DNA of 64,000 nucleotides from Octopus vulgaris (lineage: Eukaryota), in NCBI GenBank assembly GCA_951406725.2, contig OX597814.1, positions 215,822,001 to 215,886,000 of the forward strand. Reading direction: 5' to 3'. The notes under the pieces were generated by a model. It was not told the DNA's origin, did not search any database, and saw only the letters and a list, made by a program, of their open reading frames with translations. Below, piece after piece: positions 13,321-26,098 of this stretch (position 1 is the first letter of the stretch; each line of letters opens with the position of its first letter). Both the position numbers and the translations under genes were made by a program.

Positions 13321-14279
13321 CATATATTCAAAGGTGCAACTGGACAAATTTACTATTATCCCAAGGATGAAATATTCCACATCCTCTACAAAATTGCACA
13401 TTAGTGGTCCATGGATAGCTCATGTGATTCTTTTGCTAGTGTTCTCTTGTATGGGTGTTGCACAAAATCAGAGCAGAGTCCATCTCCTCTTCATTCAACT
13501 TGCGGATGCTTAATTTTGTCTTCTTTTGGTGCACATGATGGTTCCATCAGTTCTTCTTTTGTTTCACAAAGAACTGTGAACTTCAATTGAGTGAATCTGG
13601 GGTGTGAGGGTGGTGGTGGTTGTGGTGGATTCTCCTTATATGTTTCTCTTGTCTGTACTGTGTCTCCTTGTCACATCTCTTCTGGAAACTTGGTGCATCC
13701 AAAGGCACCCACAAGTATTTCTAAGGTTGTATGTGACATGTCGTACCCCACATCATTTGGGTAATTAGTTTTAAGTTGTCGCAGTTAATTATTGTAGTCT
13801 TTACGGTTAAGCGTGACATGAGGCTCTGCCCTGCTGCACTAGAATTACTGCTTTGGGTTCTGAACTCATCGTGGGTCACAGCCCTAGAGTGGACTTGGGG
13901 TTTTCATTGATGGTTAAGATATATAAATCTATAATGGCCCTTCCTGAGTAAGGTTACCTTTGTGCTGTCCACTTACCCTATAAAGGTGACAACCGACGAG
14001 GGACCAATGTCACTGCTGATGGTGTCATTGCTGTCGCTTTTGTGTCCCACTTGACAATGCAGTGCATTATGTATAGACCCAGGTGTAGGACTTGTGTGAA
14101 GAACAAGTTGAACAAAACTGTGTGAGCACACAGCCATGTTTTAGGCCATTGAAGATGTCAAAAGAGTTGGTGCAGTGAGCATTGCACAAAAACATATCCG
14201 GTTATGTTGTCGTGAAAGAGTCTTGTCAGTGGTCCTATCACCTCGCACCTGTCATCAAGGCTGGACTGGAACTACTGCT

Positions 14280-15050
14280 GGTACTTGGCTGATAGGAGTC
14301 TGGCCATGCTGAAGGCTGGTCTAATGAGCTCTCAGCCGTTGTGGTGTTCGGGAACTACACAGATGTTGAGCTTGGCTCTTATTAGTTTGTGGTCAGTCGA
14401 GCACTCTGTCCCATGCATTCTCCTGGTGATGAGGATGTCACTGCTATCACGCTGTTTTGAATGCAGATGTGTCCGTGATGTTTTATACTTATCAGCCAGC
14501 AGGAAGATGATGTGGGTAATCAGCAGGTTGTGCTTGGTGAATTTGCTCGGCATCTGAAGACCATTGCTATTCATTTACACAACTCCATACTTCCATCTAA
14601 CCCTTCTACACCACTCTTTATCCTTGCCAACAACAGCATTGAAGTCCCCTAGTATTATAAGCTTGTCAGTAGCAGGCATGTGATGTAGCACAGTGTCCCA
14701 GTCAGCACAGAACTGCTCTTTGATCTCTTCTGAGCATGAGATTGTAGGGTCATACCCACTCATGACAGGCACGAAATGTTTGTGGCTGATAGGGAGGTAG
14801 AGTTTCATAGGCTTTTCATTTACACCTGTATGAAGGTTGGGAGACTGTTTCAGGAGACAGGACTTAATGGTTTCTCCAAATACATATATTCTCTTCTCAT
14901 GTACAGTCTTTCCTTTCCAGAAGAAAGTGTAGCTGCTGCCTGATTCTGTCAGGGACCATTCCTCAGTCTAGATTGCTGCTAGGTCGATATTGTATCACCA
15001 CAATTCTTTGGCTAAGAATGATCCTTGTAGCAATGGTTAGGTCTTTCTTT
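14280..15050 (-). mobile_element. Decayed RTE/BovB-like APE endonuclease fragment (second RTE family)
   Basis: KLIILGDFNA, MNSNGL..NLLIT and ECSTDHKLIRAKL motifs in ORFs 14332-14808. Confidence 0.75.
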
Positions 15051-16111
15051 CTCCGTTTGAATTGACTGCAAATGGCTAAGTCTGTCAGCTGCGAGTAGTT
15101 GGCCAAATCTGTTCAGGGAAAGCTTTCTTTAAGGCACTTTTTCTAGACCCTTATCTTACTAGGGTGTGCAGTGTGGTCCTAATAACACTGCTCAGTCACT
15201 TAGGTTGCTGTTAAATTTTCTGATGTGTAATGCAATGACAGTGACCACTGGTCTGCTGGTCTCCTATGTGCAGGCTTGTGACTAGAACTCTGAGCACTTA
15301 TCTCCACCTGCTGTCTTCACCAATGGTCTATCTCACCACAGGGTATGAGGTTGACTGTTGGAAGGCTGAGAAGCACAGACACCTGTGCATGAAATTGTTG
15401 TAAGTTTGGAAGCCATTACACAAAGATAATTGCACTCTCTCATCAAGAAAAAAATACTTGAGTCAGTGGCATGGAACATCGCTATGGTTGGAGACCGTTT
15501 CTGCAGCAGGGGATGACCAGAGGCCCATAGTGATTCATCATGCAGCATGCACCCTACAAAACCTGCTGGTACTGTCAGTCCTATGGAATGTGATTAGCCC
15601 CTCCCACAAGAGCTACTAACCCTCCCTGATATAAAGAAATTACACATATGTAAAACTACAAATACAAAAATATAACAATATAATAGAATATGAAATAAGA
15701 ATACAAAAATATCAAAAAGAAAAATGCTATAACTATCAAAATATAAAAGGGGTGCATAAAAATATAAATATAAATGTATAAATATAGAAATATGAAAAAG
15801 AAGTTTTGAAAATACGCAATTCAGATATACTTTCATGCACGTGCACACACACACAAACCAGACATACATATATACACATTATTGAATGGCCATTGTCTAC
15901 TCATGAGATCCTTCACCTTTTCGCAGGTTGAATTTCCCATCCTACAGGGTATCCAACAAATACCCAGCAAGCTCAGTGTAGTGGCCAGTTTAGTCACTGA
16001 CCATCCGACCATGTGATACGTTGTACTGCGTTACATGTTACCAGTAGCAATTAAGTGTGACATGACATAATTTGAATATACATTTAAGATAAATAAAAAG
16101 AAAGTATTTAC

Positions 16112-16166
16112 CTGATGATGCAGCTGAACTACCTGTTGTGTTTCCTTGGAAATATTCATCAAATTT
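16112..16166 (-). CDS. PARP14: PARP14-like exon D2 (end of macrodomain 3 and linker)
   Basis: KFDEYFQGNTTGSSAASS. Acceptor aacag|AAA, donor CAG|gtaaa. 55 nt, phase 0-1. Confidence 0.8.
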
Positions 16167-17606
16167 CTGTTAGAAGTAAACAAATAATTTATCATCACTC
16201 AATCAAAAACATAATTTCATAATTAATTTCTGTTAATTTCAATGCAATGCTTTTATTCATTGCTTCTATCATGAATGTTGTTTTAAATTTACATTTCTAT
16301 TCACTGTATTATAAAATAAACTCCTACGATGGACAGGGTTTGGAATATTCTGTCGTTTGGTGAGGAATTGTTACTTAAAGAATAAGAAAACATTATTCAT
16401 GGAATTGTAATTGCTTTCGAGACTCCATGTTATGTCCAAACATCAGCTTTAGTCTTCATTATTTTCAAAACTGATTAAAACCAAAAGAAGAACATTTCTG
16501 GCTTTGAGTAAATTCCAGTGAATTACTGGTATGTCAACAGTGCTTTACTTCAATGCTATATATACTGTCCTACAGAGTATATCTGCAGATGTGTACCCAA
16601 CACTGGAGAAAGAAGAAAAGGAACTGGTCCAGCCAAACAATCTTTTCCTGTCCCCAACACATATTGTATACAGAAAGTGTATGTATGACCCTCAGTTTAT
16701 ATACACCCGTCTTACTATACATACAGAATATAGTTGTATACAAACAACGTACTTACATTAGTCTATATGTACAAATATAGTCTATAGATGTTTACATTAG
16801 TCTGTATATACAGATGCTGTATATCAACACTAGACATTTCAAATAACAACTCTGACTATTACACACTTCTATGCACAATGAAAAGATATGAGAGATAAAC
16901 TATTATGATTTGTTTCTTTGCTTTAATTTTTGCATTATTCTATTCATCTCCTGCTTGTGTTTGTATCATGTTGAAACAAACCCATCTTTAATTTAATTTA
17001 ATTTAATCCACCATCATCAAAGTTTCTCTCCTAATGCCTCATTTCCTCATTTAATTATTAACGTCAATGTAAATATATATCTCTGTTATTGTAAATATAT
17101 CTCACCTCTCCTCTATCTCCATTACTTCATCAGCTGTGGAAATGTGCAAATCCCATCATTTCATCTTTTCCTTACTCATGATGTGCCCATCCGCTCATGC
17201 TCTCATTACCTACATCTCTTCTGTACTGGAACCCCTCCCAACAATCCTTCTTCTGCCCTCCCCAATTCCTTCCCTTCATAGTTGCCTCTCATCCATATCA
17301 CTGCAACACTAATGTCGTACTTTCTATACTTTGCACCAAAATGCAGAACCTATCAGTCCGTTAATTGATTAACTAATTAGTTATTTTCATATGTTCATTA
17401 CTGTATTAACAATGCTTGTATAGCCCTCACTTCAGGCAGATGCAGCAAGTATAAGATGAATGAATAATGGCAGATAAAATGCATAGACAATTGATATGGC
17501 ATGCCTGGTGGGAAACGTTTGCTGAATCCTTCCTCCCAGATGCTGAATGCCATTCTCCTTCTCCCTCTTACCCCCTGCCCCAACCTCCTGAAGTTCCCTA
17601 CAATTG

Positions 17607-18600
17607 GCTTTGTCAATGTAGACACATTGAAAGCTAGGTCTGTTGAGATGTTCTAACAGAGGTGTTTCGATGTGTGCTGCCTTCAAGAAGTAAGGTGGAG
17701 AGGAGCTTCGTCCATATACCTCACAGGCAAAATACATATCTATATAATCTTCTGGGAAAGCAACAGCGATGGGGTAGGCGGAGTAGTCATACTTCTAGCT
17801 AGGAAATGGGTGGGTAATGTAGCTGAGGTAGTCAGAGTGTGTGTTTGGGTACTTGAGCTCAGAGTAGTTTTGTAGAGTTGTACGGCAACAGTTATTTCTG
17901 CCTATGCCATTCAGATTGGTCTGCCAAATGAACAGAAGGATTGCTTTTATGATATTCTTTGGCAGATCATCTCAAAAACTTTGAATGATCGGATATTTAG
18001 AGATGTCCTAATTGAAACTTAATATGAACCAGGAAGAGATAGAGATATGTAAAATAGAGGACAGCTAGAAGTTCTTACGAGACAACTGGAAATGAAAGAT
18101 CCGGACGCTTAACAATTGTAAGGAAGTTCAGGAGGGTGGAGTAGGGTGTAAGATGGAGAAGGAGAATGACATGCAGCATCTGGGAGGAAGGATTCGGCAA
18201 GCATTTCCCATCAGGCATGCCATATCAGTTGTCTATGCATTTTCAGTGAAGCATTTAATGAAAAGAGGGGAGTTACAGACGTGTAACACAGAAGATACAG
18301 GGAAGTTCCCATGAGACAATTTACTGAGATCTGCAGACCAAGTTTTGTGGGTGGTGTTAAATCTGAATCAGACCTATGGTAGCATGGTGTTGGAACAGTG
18401 TAGTAGACAGGGCCATTAGAGTGAAGAAAGAGGCCTGGAAATGTGATGGTAGTAGAGAAATATATGAGCAGGGAAACTAGGAGACAGGTATACTCAGCAG
18501 GAAGTAGTGAGTTTGTCAGTTCTTTCTATTGCGTGAGGACTTGAGGCTTGAGGTGTTTTGTATGTGAGGAAAAACCGTGATGTTGTAGGAGAGAATTATA
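17607..18600 (+). mobile_element. Decayed, interrupted RTE 5' fragment
   Basis: CCLQEVRWRGAS...IFWESNSDGVGGV at 17672-17875. Downstream remnants resemble the WNNVVDRAI region of the other RTE copies. Confidence 0.7.
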
Positions 18601-18712
18601 TTTGGAACAAGGGCAGTAAATGATCAGTTCTATTTCTTTTCTTTATTGTGGAATATTGGTTTTTGGTAAATTCCAAGAATATCAACATCAAACAACAAAT
18701 AAATCAACCAAC

Positions 18713-18940
18713 CTTTACTATTTCTGTGTCTTGAGGATAAACCATGAAGTAAACATCTTTGATCTGGCTTGAATTTTGGTTTGAGTAGTTTTTCACTGCT
18801 TCAGACATTGTTCTGGGTAGATTTTCAATGGGGTACTTCAATGTTCCAGCTCCTAATATAGGAAATGCAAGGCTTTTTGCTCCCATTCTCTCAGCAGTTT
18901 CCAGACAAGTGGTTATTATTTGAGTCAAGTTTGCCAGAAT
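18713..18940 (-). CDS. PARP14: PARP14-like exon C2 (macrodomain 3 C-terminal half)
   Basis: ILANLTQIITTCLETAERMGAKSLAFPILGAGTLKYP...VYFMVYPQDTEIVK. Acceptor tttttag|ATT, donor AAG|gttgg. 228 nt, phase 0-0. Confidence 0.9.
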
Positions 18941-19070
18941 CTAAAAAAAAAGTAATTGTTTAGTAATTGATAATGAACATTTTATGGAACTATTTCCAAA
19001 TTCTTCTTACAGGGAGAAATCATTAAGTTGTAATAAATATATTCTTTGATTAAGAAATTTCCCACATATT

Positions 19071-21459
19071 CCGCCGATATGAGCCTCGAAAGGAGAGTAA
19101 AAGGACTCGGGGGCAGTTTCTGAAGGACCCGTACGGTTTTACTAAGAAGCTGTTCGCTGAACCGAAGAGTGGTAATTTATCGTGCACTAAAGAAGAATTG
19201 GATGCTCATATTAAGGAAACCTACAGTGATCCGCACCGTAACCAGCCGCTGCCACCTCTACATGGGCTAAATCATCTCTCAGGACCTGATATTGAATTCC
19301 AGATTGGGGACATCAGGGACAGAGAGGTGAATGACTTCGTAAGAAAGACTAGAGCAAAGAGTGCCCCAGGAGGTGATGGCTTCTCATATAAAGTCTCACA
19401 AGTACTGCAATCGTCTGCGAAAGAAGCTCTTTGTCCTATTCCGACAACTGTGGCATGAGGAGACTATAGTAGAGGATTGATGTAAGGCAGAAGGTATATA
19501 CCTGCCGAAAGAGGCCAATGCAAAGACCACAAAACAGTTTAGGCCGATATCCTTATTGAATGTGGAAGGCAAGACCTTTATGGGAATTCTGTCGAGGAGA
19601 ACAGTGACATATTTACAGAGTAACGGATATGATGATGAATCTGTTCAAAAGGCTGGAATCCCTGGGATCCCTGGATGCATTGAACACTGTTTTTCGATTT
19701 GGAAAGCAATCCAGGACGCCAAACAGAACAAGAAAAGTCTGAACGTAGTATGGCTCGATCTAGCTAACGCGTATGGTTCAGTGCCACACAAATTACTAAT
19801 AACAGCCATGGACCACGTCCACATTCCTGATAAAGTGATCAAAATAATGAGGATGTAGTATGACAGTTTCGAAATGAGGTTTACAACTGGAAATTTTACA
19901 ACAGATTGCCACCAATTGGAGGTTGGCATTGCTGCTGGCTGTACAATATCTGTCACGTGGTTTATCTTAGTCATGGAGTTGATTTTGAAAGGTGTAGATT
20001 TTTCGGAACAAATCACCCATGTACAATTGCCTAAGAAAGCCTTCATGGATGGCGTGACACTTCTAGCTACAGATAAACAAATCATGCAGAATGCCCTCTT
20101 GAGATTAGATGAACTTGTAAGGTGATCAAGGATGCGATTTAGAGCAAAAAAGTCGCGTAATCTGACATTTGTTAAGGGAGTGCAGAAAGAATTTAAGTTT
20201 CGAATATCTGAAGCAAGCATTCCAACAGTCAAGGAAGAGCCCGTCAAGAGCTTGGGACGAGTATACGCTGGAACATTGTCAGACAGAAGTCGTGGGATTG
20301 AAATTATGAAACAGGCCGAGGCTGGGTTATCAGCGATTGATAATTTGAAGTTACCAGGTAAATATAAAATTTGGTGCTTGCAGTTCGGCTTGTACCCGCA
20401 ACTTGCGTGGCCACTTTTAATATATGAGGTAGCATTGTCACGAGTTGAAATTGTTGAACAAAAATGTAATGTGTTCATTAGAAAGTGGCTAGGCCTACCT
20501 CATATGTTGAACAGTTCAGCTCTTTATCTTAAAAGAGGTTCGTTGCAGCTACCAATAGCATCAATAGTCGAAATATATAAGCTGGGGAAGATACGGACGG
20601 TCATAATGCTGAGAGGATTGAAGGATATGGAAATCAGGCGTAACCCACCAGAGGTGAAAACAGCCAGGAAGTGGAAAGCAGAGGCAGAAACTGACGACAT
20701 CTTTTCTTCTCTTATACCCAGAGATATGGTGGGAGCAATGCAGAACCATCGGAAAGGATTTGGTTTTGGCGCAGATCAGTTCAGACTGTTTGCAAGCATG
20801 ATGCGGAGTGAACGCAGAACTGTTGTTAGCAACAGCGTCAAAACAAGAGAAGCAGAGAGAAGAGAGCTTCATTTGATCCAATGTTTTCATCAAGGTCAAA
20901 TGACGAGATGGGAAGAACATGTTGTTGAGAGGAAGGTAAGTTGGGATGAGATGTGGAAGTGGACAACATCTCAGCTGAGTTTTCTGTTTCATTCATCTTA
21001 TGATGTTTTGCCATCAACTACGAATCTAGTAAGATGGAACGTCTCAGAGAATGACATCTGCAAATGTGGAAAGGTCGGTACACTAAAGACGCAGGCTGGA
21101 AAGCGGAACATTTTCCAATCGAAGTCGGTTGTAGAGGGTTTATTGGATACAGCGTGAGGTGACTTGCTATCACTAAGCCTTACTCATTGTAAAGTCAATG
21201 CCACCATGACTGATATCCAATCTACAGTGGAGAAGGCTAGCCACTGGATTTGGTTTAAAAAGAGACGATGAGCGATGGCTAGAAGGATATTAAGTTTAAC
21301 TTTATAACCAGCTGATCTAGCAATCGGTGTGCATTGATGCCGTCGAGAGGTAGGCCCCGAAACAGCGTGCATTCTCTCCTGATGACCCCATACACTTGCT
21401 GGCTTCCGATATACGGAGCTTTTGACTGGTAGCACTTGCATGTGCAAGTTGTTTGCAAG
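19071..21459 (+). mobile_element. HERO-like (REL-type) non-LTR retrotransposon, 5'-truncated and internally deleted
   Basis: RT motifs QKAGIPGIPGCIEH, WLDLANAYGSVPH, GIAAGCTIS and KAFMD. C-terminal FPIEVGCRGF and KASHWIW in shifted frames. TSD ACATATT at 19064-19070 and 21460-21466. Absent from the paralogous intron at about 31880. Confidence 0.85.
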
Positions 21460-22402
21460 ACATATTTAGTTGTTGCAAACTGAAATGGTATATGATTTAC
21501 AGATTAGAATAACATTTAAACAACATCAAGTGATTACTAGATTAATAGACGATGTGATCATTGGATTAACATAGATCATGTGACAGAAGGATCAACATAG
21601 ATCATGTGATAGAAGGAAGCCTGTCTGAATGAACATATGGATGCCATGAATAGAAAGAGAAATGTTGTAAGATTAGGTGGATACACAGTGTAATTGAAGT
21701 AGGCTCTTGTAATTAATGGAAACACCAACAGGGAATAAGAGAGATTAATGATTCTTTACAAGAGGGAAATCTGAGTGAGAACATATTGTAAAATGCAGCA
21801 ATAGAGCCCACAAGGTAGGACAACACAGAGAACCGCCTGGGATGCAGTGTTTGGGATACAACATCCTCTACACTGCACACAAGAGACTGTATTTTAATGT
21901 AATAGTTTGTTCAAGGAATATCTACAATACAATGTATATCAATCAATTTCGAACTGGATGTTAGCAAGCATTAGGAACAATTAGAATGGTTGGTGAGGAC
22001 AAAACTGTCTCATGGAATATGCTCCTAGCATTGGCTATTTGATTCGTAATCAGTTGCCTATCGTCCATCACCATGTGGAGGAAAAGGTCAAAGTTTTCCT
22101 CAATGGTGGCAGTTGCCTGTCTTTCCAGTGGCCATTCCCAGAATTCATGATCTGGAAACTATAAGGAACGCTACAAGTCCAGACTGTCACACTGTAGCCC
22201 ATACTGTACATCAGTGGACACCAAAGTACATGCTTCTGTCTTGAAGCAGACGGAGGTGTTGTATGACTGGAAAAACACATCTGTGGATTGTGCATAGTTT
22301 TATGGACAATTCCATTCATGCCACAGGGATGCTGGATCAATGATAACCTAGGGTTGTACAACAACTCTTTCAATAAATCAATATAATATGATTGATACTT
22401 AC

Positions 22403-22630
22403 TAAATGTGAGGAGTTTACACCCCAGGGAGGTAATACCAGATGAAATACTTTCTCACATTTGAGGTTATATCCTTTAGTGATGGCTATTTCAGATGTAG
22501 AAATACCTCGAGGATATTTCTGGTTACATTCAACTTGTATCTGTGGACCAGCAGCATTGAGAATAAATTTGGAGATAGAACCATCATTAAGCTGGAGGTG
22601 TTTATTGGTGCTGTTAATGATGACATCAAC
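22403..22630 (-). CDS. PARP14: PARP14-like exon B2 (macrodomain 3 core)
   Basis: VDVIINSTNKHLQLNDGSISKFILNAAGPQIQVEC...KCEKVFHLVLPPWGVNSSHL. Acceptor ttttgtag|GTT, donor TTA|gtaagt. 228 nt, phase 0-0. Confidence 0.9.
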
Positions 22631-22910
22631 CTACAAAAGAATTTAATGGTAAACAACTAAGGAACATTCCATGGAGAGAAGAGAGATACATTGTTGCAGT
22701 TGATATTGTTGTTAAGAAAGGCTCTACAGAATGGCTGTAGCAAGTTTGAGGTTGTTAAAGTTAGCAAAAGATATACTCAAGATATCAGATGTGAAGGAAA
22801 TAAAATGTTTGAGTTTAGATTGAGAAAATGTTTTAATTAACTGTAATGATTCCTCATTTGGAAATGAAATAACAATTAAATAAATAAGTTACATGAATCT
22901 ATTTACTCAC

Positions 22911-23047
22911 AGATGCATTAGAAATTGAATCAATCATTAGGTTTATTTTGATGCCAGGATTCTTTGTCAGGGCCACATTAGTTCTGGGTATCACAGAAGC
23001 TGCTTTCTGTTGTGGATGAAGAGGGGATGGGTTTGATAATGAGGTCC
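22911..23047 (-). CDS. PARP14: PARP14-like exon A2 (linker and first strand of macrodomain 3)
   Basis: GTSLSNPSPLHPQQKAASVIPRTNVALTKNPGIKINLMIDSISNAS. Acceptor tttcag|GG, donor TCT|gtgagt. 137 nt, phase 1-0. Confidence 0.85.
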
Positions 23048-23736
23048 CTGAAAAGAAACAAGTATTAATTAACGTGTGTGTGTGTGTGTATATATATATA
23101 TCTCTTATTATAAAAGGTAGATTTTATCTGCCTCCCTTTGTCTCTTATAGAAATCTACAATATAGGATTTCTTCAATTACAATTTACCTAGCATTTTTAA
23201 GAGTAGAATACATCGGGTCGTGCCAGGTCCAGTTTTTCAAATTTCAACCCCATTTAAGCAAAATTTCGAGAAAACTCACATTGTAGTGTGTAAGTGAAGT
23301 GCTTTTCTTAGTGTGGGCTACAGCACACACACACGCACACACACACAAACGGAGCAAACTGCTTCACTGATGCTATCACCCTAATTTCTCCTCCTTTCTC
23401 TTTGCAAGTGTGCAACGATTAAAGTGAAAGTATTTATATAAAACGAGAGAAGTGTACCTTAAACCACTACTCAAAAAAAAAAACAACACAGCAAACAGAA
23501 ACAAATAAATACATAACGATTTACTCCTCACACAATTTCTTCAATTAGAGTTTACCTATGATTTTTCAAAGTACTTCCATTCGGTCATGGCATACAAAAT
23601 TTCTTTCAATTTCACCTCCATTTCAGAAAAAATTCAAGAAAACTAAATATTTTACCATTTCACTCTTTCACTCTGCATTCCCACTTCCTCTTTACACACA
23701 TAGACACGCAAATATATAAATAAAATTGTAAGCTAA

Positions 23737-23737
23737 C

Positions 23738-23769
<32 letters not shown>

Positions 23770-23828
23770 GTGTGAGTGTGTGTGTGAGGGTGCGTGTGTG
23801 TGTGTGTGTGCATGTGTGTGAGTGTGTG
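23737..23828. repeat. (TG)n microsatellite
   Basis: Directly visible, imperfect. Confidence 0.95.
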
Positions 23829-23832
23829 ACAG

Positions 23833-24350
23833 GAAAGTTTTTTAGGACGAATATAAGATCTAAAGTATATCCAAGTAGCAGAAAGATCGCCCAAAAGTGT
23901 ATATAGATATTTAAATGTATTTATATATTCATCTATACACAGATGTATGTATAATGTGTGTGTATATATTTCCATAGAGGTAACCTTTCACTCCATACAA
24001 AGTTTTTTAGGACGAAAATAAGATCTAAAGTTATCTCTAAGTAGCACAAAGATCGCCCAAAAGTGTATATAGATATATAAATGTATTTATATATTCATCT
24101 ATGCACACATGTATGTATAACGTGTGTGTATATATTTCCATAGAGGTAACCATTCACTCCATACAAAGTTTTTTAGGACGAAAATAAGATCTAAAATTAT
24201 CTCTAAGAAAAAGAAAGATCACCCAAAAGTGTATATAGATATTTAAATGTATTTATATATTCATCTATACACACATGTATGTATAATGTGCGTGTATATA
24301 TTTCCATAGAGGTAACCATTCAATTCATACAAAGTTTTTTAGGACGAAAA
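23833..24350. repeat. Tandem repeat of about 166 bp, about 3.1 copies, inside the Helitron
   Basis: aaagttttttaggacgaa recurs at about 23834, 23999, 24165 and 24331. Confidence 0.9.
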
Positions 24351-25479
24351 TCTTTATATTTAAAAGAAAGGTTGTGTGTCTGTCTACTCCGATTTAGATT
24401 CCTAACTACTCCCACATTTTGCGATGCAGTTTAACCAAAACCGGGTATCTTATAGTCGTGATTCATATCGAGCCCTTCTGGGTATTAGCGCGCATCTACA
24501 ATGAGTCTACGATTTTACAAATAATTTACCATCATTTTTTTCCATTTAATGCATATTTTTTAAATAAAGGGAAGTAACTCTCAAACTTCACACCAATATG
24601 CGTGCTCATATGCGACGTAATATCACATCAGCAGCATTTCCTCACACCCTCCTTGCACTTGGTGAAGGCAAAATACCAGGAGATGAAAGTGGTAATATTG
24701 CCATCGATTCCATTTGTACCTTTGTTAAGACGCCTTCTGATCTCAGAGATGCAGTGTTCCCAGATCTACAAGCTAATTATCAGAATATGGATTGGATTGG
24801 CCAAAAGGCTATACTGGCCCCGAGGAATAAAACTGTTCACCATATTAATGATGAAATGCTAAAACTCATTCCTGGGGAAGTCTATGTATATCAGTCTATC
24901 GATACAACTCCTGACCCAGAGGACGTCATCAACTATCCAATAGAGGTACTCAATTCCTTTGAGCACCCCGGACTACCACCACACTTTCTCAAACTTAAAG
25001 TTGGTGCCCCTATAATGCTCATCAGATATTTGGTTCCCCCAAAACAATGCAATGGCACACGTTTGATCGTTAAGTCCTTATCTCCCACCGTAAACTTATA
25101 TCAATATTTGCCTGAATAATCATCATAATAATTCAGTGCAATCATTAACAGTACTTTCAAGCAATTCAGCCCTGAGCAACGCCGGGCAATTCTGCTAGTA
25201 TATATATATAAGCAATGTAACATATCTGGAATGGTACAACAATGCAGAGTGGACTATAATAACTGTTAGAAATAATTGAATTATTCATGGTCTAATATTT
25301 TGGATTATAAAAATTCCTACCTCAGAGATTGCTTGGAACTAATGGAGTCCCTATTATAGTTGGTTTTCTTATTCTTCTAATGGTTACTGAAATCTGTTGG
25401 AAGCGTTCTTGTAATAGTTTCATGAAGTTCTTTCTGGAATACCTCAGGAGAAGTGTGTGAGGATTGTCATGTCTTGAAC

Positions 25480-25950
25480 TCGTGTGTGTTGGTACATTCA
25501 TAGCACTGTTTTTCTTGTCAGTTGTTTGACCATAACCAGTTGAGCATGTCCCTTAGTGGCTGATGATATGTGCTTCTCTGATCATGAGCAGAAGTAGTGT
25601 GGGTGCATCATAGCTATGTGGTGAGAGGGATTCTTTGGGGTTTGAATAATTCACCCCTGGAGACAAGGGTGTTTCATTCAACATCCTTTAATAACCTTTA
25701 TTCAGGGACCTTTTGAGTGTGATGGGCTACTTGACCTGAAGAAAATTCTAACTGGGCCCCACCTGATAGGCCATGCACTGTTTATCTTGATAAGAGATAA
25801 CCATGTTGCGCACATATGGTTGTGATGCATGAGCCTGGTGTACCCTTAATAGATGGGTAGAAATGATGTGGATACTGCGCTTTGTATATTTGTACCCCAT
25901 TGTTACTTTGATGGCATTTGCTGCTCTCTCATTCAATAATAATAATGGCA
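25480..25950 (+). repeat. Dispersed repeat, same family as 5930-6582
   Basis: Direct similarity to about 6100-6582. Confidence 0.7.
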
Positions 25951-26043
25951 ATAAAAATAATTGATGATGATGATGAGAAAAAGTGTCACTAGTTTCTTCC
26001 TAAATGATATTTAATATAAGAAAAAAACAACAAAAGAATTTAC

Positions 26044-26098
26044 CTGATGAATCATCTGAACCATCTGCTGACATTTGTTGGAAATATTCTTTAAATTT
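26044..26098 (-). CDS. PARP14: PARP14-like exon D1 (end of macrodomain 2 and linker)
   Basis: KFKEYFQQMSADGSDDSS. Acceptor aacag|AAA, donor CAG|gtaaa. 55 nt, phase 0-1. Paralogous to 16112-16166. Confidence 0.8.

Larger units (their letters stand above)
23101..25198 (+). mobile_element. Non-autonomous Helitron carrying a Pif1-helicase fragment
   Basis: A|TC 5' start (TCTCTTATTATAAAAGG). 3' hairpin gccc..gggc at about 25169-25187, then CTAG|T. ORF 24598-25119 reads AILAPRN..NSFEHPGLPPH.LKLKVGAPIMLIR..CNGTRLIV. Confidence 0.88.

Noticed and set aside
19645-20478. 277-aa minus-strand ORF
   Set aside because: It is the antisense shadow of the HERO-like RT, with no independent coding features. 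The same applies to the antisense ORFs over the RTE and CR1 copies.
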